Positions 59,932-64,000 of a stretch of 64,000 nucleotides of DNA are shown here, piece after piece. The DNA comes from an uncultured Verrucomicrobiae bacterium (GTDB lineage Bacteria; Verrucomicrobiota; Verrucomicrobiia; Chthoniobacterales; Chthoniobacteraceae), in assembly GCA_963769025.1 (NCBI GenBank), contig CAVYKI010000010.1:416001-480000 (forward strand). The letters run 5' to 3'. The notes beneath the pieces were generated by a model, which was given only the letters and a program-made list of their open reading frames with translations, was not told the DNA's origin and did not search any database. The stretch's first letter is position 1. Each line of letters begins with the position of its first letter. The position numbers and the translations under genes are program-made.

Positions 59932-60459
59932 ATGAGTAAGCGCTGGATTTACCTTGGAGCGGGAATTGCAGCCTATACCGCGCTCGTTTTTTTTGGAAAA
60001 CGCACGGACCTTCTTTATTTAGTTCCCGTTGGTTTGGTGTTTTCAGCAGCCGGCGTCCTTAATTATCTCGGCATCCGGTTGTACTCTGCCATTTCCGGAC
60101 GTTCGTTCGGTGAGCGACTTCGCTTTAATTTGGCACTGGCCGCCTTCGGTGTCGTCCTGGCGCTCCCATTTCCCCTCCGGGTAGCAATTGACCGGCAGCG
60201 GGTGTCTGCTGCGAAGGCGTATCCTGCTCTCGTCGCGCCGGTGTTGGAAAAGTATCGTCAGCAACACGGCGCATATCCTGACAGCCTCGACGAACTGCGG
60301 TCGCGACCGTCCGTTCCCGGATTACTGCGCGGCAGCAAAGGCTACCGAAGATACGGTGCTGGCGATTACTCATTTGCCTTTCCCGACCCCACAAGGAGTT
60401 ACGGAGGTTGGACCTACAGGAGCGATAACCGCACTTGGAGCTATTCCGAATTCGACTGA
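59932..60459 (+). CDS. Hypothetical membrane protein (3 TM, lower GC)
   Basis: Three hydrophobic helices, then LEKYRQQHGAYPDSLDEL; visibly T-richer codons. Confidence 0.65.
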   Translation: MSKRWIYLGAGIAAYTALVFFGKRTDLLYLVPVGLVFSAAGVLNYLGIRLYSAISGRSFGERLRFNLALAAFGVVLALPFPLRVAIDRQRVSAAKAYPALVAPVLEKYRQQHGAYPDSLDELRSRPSVPGLLRGSKGYRRYGAGDYSFAFPDPTRSYGGWTYRSDNRTWSYSEFD

Positions 60460-60642
60460 AGGCCCGGATCTGTGTGCGGAGTAATGGAAGTTCATTCGGG
60501 CGCACCCCTCCCGGCACCACCTTCACCACTATCATCGCCGGCGACGCTGAATCGATATGTCCGGGGCTGGTGCGACGCAGGAACGAGGAGCTGAATGAGT
60601 TCCGAGTTGTCCGCACCGCCCGGAGCGGCTACTGTCCGCCGC

Positions 60643-60870
60643 ATGAAAGCACCCGCGCTCAAAGACGGACGGTTCGTGACCGACGCGAAAGGCAAGACGG
60701 TCGGCGTGCTGCTCGACATGAAGACCTATGAGCGGCTGCGCGAAGCGGAGGAAGACCTCGCCGACATCCGCGCCTACGACACCGCGCGCCCGAAGGTGCT
60801 CGCCGAGGTGAAGGCCGGACAGGTTTCCACGCTGACCGAGTACCGCGCCCGGCGTTCGCGGAGGAAATGA
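60643..60870 (+). CDS. Putative type II antitoxin
   Basis: FVTDAKGKTVGVLLDMKTYERL..EDLAD; ATGA overlap with the downstream toxin. Confidence 0.75.
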   Translation: MKAPALKDGRFVTDAKGKTVGVLLDMKTYERLREAEEDLADIRAYDTARPKVLAEVKAGQVSTLTEYRARRSRRK

Positions 60871-61121
60871 AATACCGCATCGTCCTGCCGAAGACCGTCC
60901 AGAAGGCCCTGGACCGTTTGCCGGACGCAGCAGCGGGACGAATCCTCGTCTCGTCTCGCGGAACTCGAAACCAACCCACGCCCGCCGACGTGAAGAAGCT
61001 GAAGGGCCGGGATGCTTGGCGAATCCGCGTGGGAGATTACCGCGTCATTTACGAGATTCACGACCGCGAACTGCGAGTGCTCGTCATCACCGTCGGCCAC
61101 CGCCGCGACATCTATCGCTGA
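60867..61121 (+). CDS. RelE/ParE-family toxin
   Basis: KKLKG..WRIRVGDYRVIYEI..VGHRRDIY. Confidence 0.92.
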   Translation: MKYRIVLPKTVQKALDRLPDAAAGRILVSSRGTRNQPTPADVKKLKGRDAWRIRVGDYRVIYEIHDRELRVLVITVGHRRDIYR

Positions 61122-61171
61122 CAGCTTGCGCGCTCGACAGATGCCGCATTTTTAGCGACAGCTTCGTCCGC

Positions 61172-61576
61172 ATGTCGCCGGAAAATTCCCCACGCATCCG
61201 CGCGTTGCGGATGCTGATGATGATGGATGCGGTCGTGCTCACCGGGCTGGGCGTGCTGTTCATCACCGTGCCGCGGCGCATCGAGGCGGCGTTCCATTTC
61301 CAGGATCTGCCGGCCGGCGTGGACTACATGATCGGCCTGTGGGGATGCGTCTTCGCGACGCTCGGGCTCGGCTACGTGCTGGCCGCCGTGGAGCCGCGAC
61401 GGAACGTGCTCTGGGTGCAGATGGGAATCGCCCGCGGACTGCTGGAGGTGGTCTTCGGGGTGATGTGCGTGTTCCGCCAAATCGTGACATGGGAGCAGGC
61501 ATCGTTCGGGATTTTCACGGCGGTGTTCATCGCGGCGGCCTACACGGTGCTGTATCCGCGAAAGGAGGAGGCGTAA
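61172..61576 (+). CDS. Hypothetical 4-TM membrane protein
   Basis: Four hydrophobic segments; translationally coupled (TAATG) to the next gene. Confidence 0.65.
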   Translation: MSPENSPRIRALRMLMMMDAVVLTGLGVLFITVPRRIEAAFHFQDLPAGVDYMIGLWGCVFATLGLGYVLAAVEPRRNVLWVQMGIARGLLEVVFGVMCVFRQIVTWEQASFGIFTAVFIAAAYTVLYPRKEEA

Positions 61577-61785
61577 TGCAGTTCCTGAACATCATCCCCG
61601 CGCTGGTGATCATCGGCGCGCTGATCTGGGGCTTCAAGCTCGCGGGCCGTTGCACGGCGAGCGTTCCCTTCCAGATGTTCCTCGGCGTGCTGCTCGGCTT
61701 CGCGATCCTCGTCGGCGTGGTGTGCGTGCTCTTCGGCGTGCTGTTCGCAGGCTGCCTCATCATGGGCTCGCCGTCGTTTCATTGA
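61576..61785 (+). CDS. Small 2-TM membrane protein
   Basis: AGGAGG SD, TAATG overlap, ends FAGCLIMGSPSFH. Confidence 0.6.
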   Translation: MQFLNIIPALVIIGALIWGFKLAGRCTASVPFQMFLGVLLGFAILVGVVCVLFGVLFAGCLIMGSPSFH

Positions 61786-61789
61786 GGCG

Positions 61790-62098
61790 ATGCCGCTCCG
61801 GCTGCCGATCCGCTGGTGGGAATGGGCGCTGCAGTTCACGCCGGCGGCGGTGATGTTGCTGGGGTCGGCTTACGAAGTGACGTTCATCCCGCGGGGCGGG
61901 AAAATGCTCGTGGGCGTGGAAGGCGCCGTCGCCGGTGCCTGGATCGCGCTTCCGCTTTGCTTCGTGGCCGCGTTTTTTCTCACGAAACCGCATCCTACCC
62001 CGGCGGTGCGGGCGCTCAGGATCGTGCTCCTGGCCGTCGGCCTCGCCGTCGTGAACTGCGCAATCGCCTTCGCCGGCTGCGTTCTGGTCCTGCCCTGA
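61790..62098 (+). CDS. Small 3-TM membrane protein
   Basis: Hydrophobic; ends FAGCVLVLP. Confidence 0.55.
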   Translation: MPLRLPIRWWEWALQFTPAAVMLLGSAYEVTFIPRGGKMLVGVEGAVAGAWIALPLCFVAAFFLTKPHPTPAVRALRIVLLAVGLAVVNCAIAFAGCVLVLP

Positions 62099-62291
62099 CA
62101 TGTCGAGCCCCCGCACGCGCTCGGCCTTCTCGATCCGGACCTTCCGGAAAAGAGCCACCCACCCGTGCCGCTGGAGCCGGTGAAGAGTCGATGCGAGCGG
62201 ACGCTCGGTCCGGAAGCCGAAGCTGGCCAGCGCCTCCGCGAAAACCCAAAGTGCGCCCCGCGACCGGTGTCCCCCTTCAAGAATGTTTCCC

Positions 62292-63710
62292 ATGCTCAAA
62301 AACATCGTCCTCATCCTGCTCGCCGCCGCCCCGCTGATTTACCCCGCCACGGCAGCGGAAGCTGCGCCGGAGGCGCGCGCACTGCGCGTGGATCCTCGAA
62401 GCGGCGACGACAAGAACGACGGTACCACGGCGCCGCTCAAGACCATCGCCCGCGCAATCCGCCTCGCCCAGGCCGGCGACACGGTTCACCTCGCGACGGC
62501 GCGCTATTTTGAAAGTGCGGACCTCACGAACAAGCACGGCACACCCGGCAGACCGATCACACTCGACGGTCACGGCTCGGTGCTCGATGGGAGCGAGTCG
62601 GTGCGCCTGGCAGATTGGGAGGCGCTCGGAGGCGGGCTTTTTCGCAAGGTGAAGCTCATGCCGCGCATGGATGACGCGATCATGGGGCGCTGGTTTTTCG
62701 TGTGGGATGGGAAGATGAATCACATGGGTCGCACCTCGAAGGGCAAAAGCGCGCCGCTGAAGACACCCGCCGATCTCCAACCGGACGAGTGGACCTATGT
62801 GAAGGACGAGGACGCCTTTTACATCCGCCTCGCCCCGGAGCGCGGCCCCGACACCGCAAACATCCGCTACCCGGCGCGCAGCAGCGGCGTGGTCCAGGGC
62901 GGCAAGGGCTCGCATCTCATCGTGCGAAATATCATCGCCACGCACGTCTATAACGACGGCTTCAACATCCACGGCGAACAGCGGGCCATGGTGTTCGAAA
63001 ACATCGCAGCCATCGAGTGCGGCGACGACGGTTTCAGCGCGCACGAGGATGGCGAGTGCCGCATCGACGGCTTCGTGAGCATCGGGAACTCGACCGGCAT
63101 GTGCGACACGGTGTCGAGCGTCACGCACTACCGGAATGTCTTCATCCGCGGCTGCCTCGGTTACGACGTGTTCTTCATCGGCGACTCGTCGCACAGCATC
63201 GAAAACGCGATCATCGAGAGCAGCGCGTTGCGCGCATTCGAGGCGGGACAGCATGCGGATCGCGAGCCGAATGGACCGTGCAGTGTCGTGCTGAAAAATG
63301 TGCGCTTTCGCCGTATCGGCATGCCTCAGGAGCTCCACGTGGGCAGCAACGCCAAGCTGAACGCCGAGCACTGCACCTTCCTCGGCCTGAGCGTCCAGGT
63401 TTCGCCCGGCGGTGAAATCGCCGCTCGCCAGTGCGTATTCGGCGGCGATCCGAAACCCGAAATTTTCCTGCAAGTGAACACGATCTGGCGCGGCGCGGGA
63501 AACCTCTACGACCTGAAATCGCTGCGGCTGGACAAAACGGCCTTCACCGCAGAGACATTCCCCGCCTTCCAAAAACTCACCAGAGGCGATGCGGCCTCGC
63601 GGTGGGGCACCGATGCGAACCGTGCTGGCATCGGCGCGGATCCAGCATCGCTGATGCCTCTGGAGCAGATGGCCGCCGGTGTCCTCCAGCGCTGGCGCGA
63701 AACGCGATGA
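62292..63710 (+). CDS. Secreted right-handed beta-helix (pectin-lyase-like) protein
   Basis: Signal peptide, GDDKNDGT..PLKTIARA, AGDTVHL, NDGFNIHG, DDGFSAHE. Confidence 0.8.
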   Translation: MLKNIVLILLAAAPLIYPATAAEAAPEARALRVDPRSGDDKNDGTTAPLKTIARAIRLAQAGDTVHLATARYFESADLTNKHGTPGRPITLDGHGSVLDGSESVRLADWEALGGGLFRKVKLMPRMDDAIMGRWFFVWDGKMNHMGRTSKGKSAPLKTPADLQPDEWTYVKDEDAFYIRLAPERGPDTANIRYPARSSGVVQGGKGSHLIVRNIIATHVYNDGFNIHGEQRAMVFENIAAIECGDDGFSAHEDGECRIDGFVSIGNSTGMCDTVSSVTHYRNVFIRGCLGYDVFFIGDSSHSIENAIIESSALRAFEAGQHADREPNGPCSVVLKNVRFRRIGMPQELHVGSNAKLNAEHCTFLGLSVQVSPGGEIAARQCVFGGDPKPEIFLQVNTIWRGAGNLYDLKSLRLDKTAFTAETFPAFQKLTRGDAASRWGTDANRAGIGADPASLMPLEQMAAGVLQRWRETR

Positions 63711-63758
63711 CATCGCGGAGCCTTGGCTCCCTGCCACGGTGCGGCGCGGGGCAAGCCG

Positions 63759-64000
63759 CTAGGTCTCCGACTTCATGTCCTCTGGCGTCTCGCAGTCATC
63801 TTCCTCCACCAGAATCGAGCGCTGCTGGAGGATGTGGTCGAGTCGCTTCCAGTGGAACCACAGGCCGACAATGTTTTCGTAGCGCTTGATGACCCGCTGC
63901 TGGTTGTCCACGGCGATCAGGTCGCCGCCGCCAAATCCGAGCAGCGTCTCGAGCACGTCGCGATATTTCGTCATGAAGCGCAGGCCCGTCCGATCCGTCC
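63759..64000 (-). CDS. C-terminal part of a hypothetical protein running off the window
   Basis: Open frame with host-like codon use; no recognised motif. Confidence 0.45.
   Translation of the reverse strand, partial: TDRTGLRFMTKYRDVLETLLGFGGGDLIAVDNQQRVIKRYENIVGLWFHWKRLDHILQQRSILVEEDDCETPEDMKSET

Overview
High-GC bacterial chromosomal window. Gene content (DUF1501 Tat proteins, TRxSL-type ECF sigma, dnaK-groES-groEL order, alpha-2-macroglobulin/pbpC) suggests Verrucomicrobiota or another PVC lineage; this is inference. Many genes, including dnaK, carry single-base frameshifts, so the sequence probably has uncorrected indel errors, and I rebuilt split genes by eye. Contents in order: ECF sigma, hybrid RR-HK, FadL-type porin, CusRS-like two-component pair, feoA-feoA-feoB operon with a Fur-like operator, a putative RiPP/peptide-export cluster, minor pilins and PilN/PilO-like genes, duplicated receiver proteins, groEL/groES/dnaK, pbpC and alpha-2-macroglobulin, assorted enzymes, a cAMP signalling module, PhoH2, a RelE-type toxin-antitoxin pair and small membrane proteins. 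The best candidate for an undescribed system is 8303-15092 (minus strand). It encodes a double-glycine-leader precursor with a Lys/Ser/Cys-rich core, followed by TolC, a C39-peptidase ABC transporter and HlyD. Its only candidate tailoring enzyme is a eukaryote-like SRPK-type Ser/Thr kinase whose Gly-rich loop is missing from the N-terminus and appears inside the C-lobe. This points to an exported, probably poly-phosphorylated cationic peptide.
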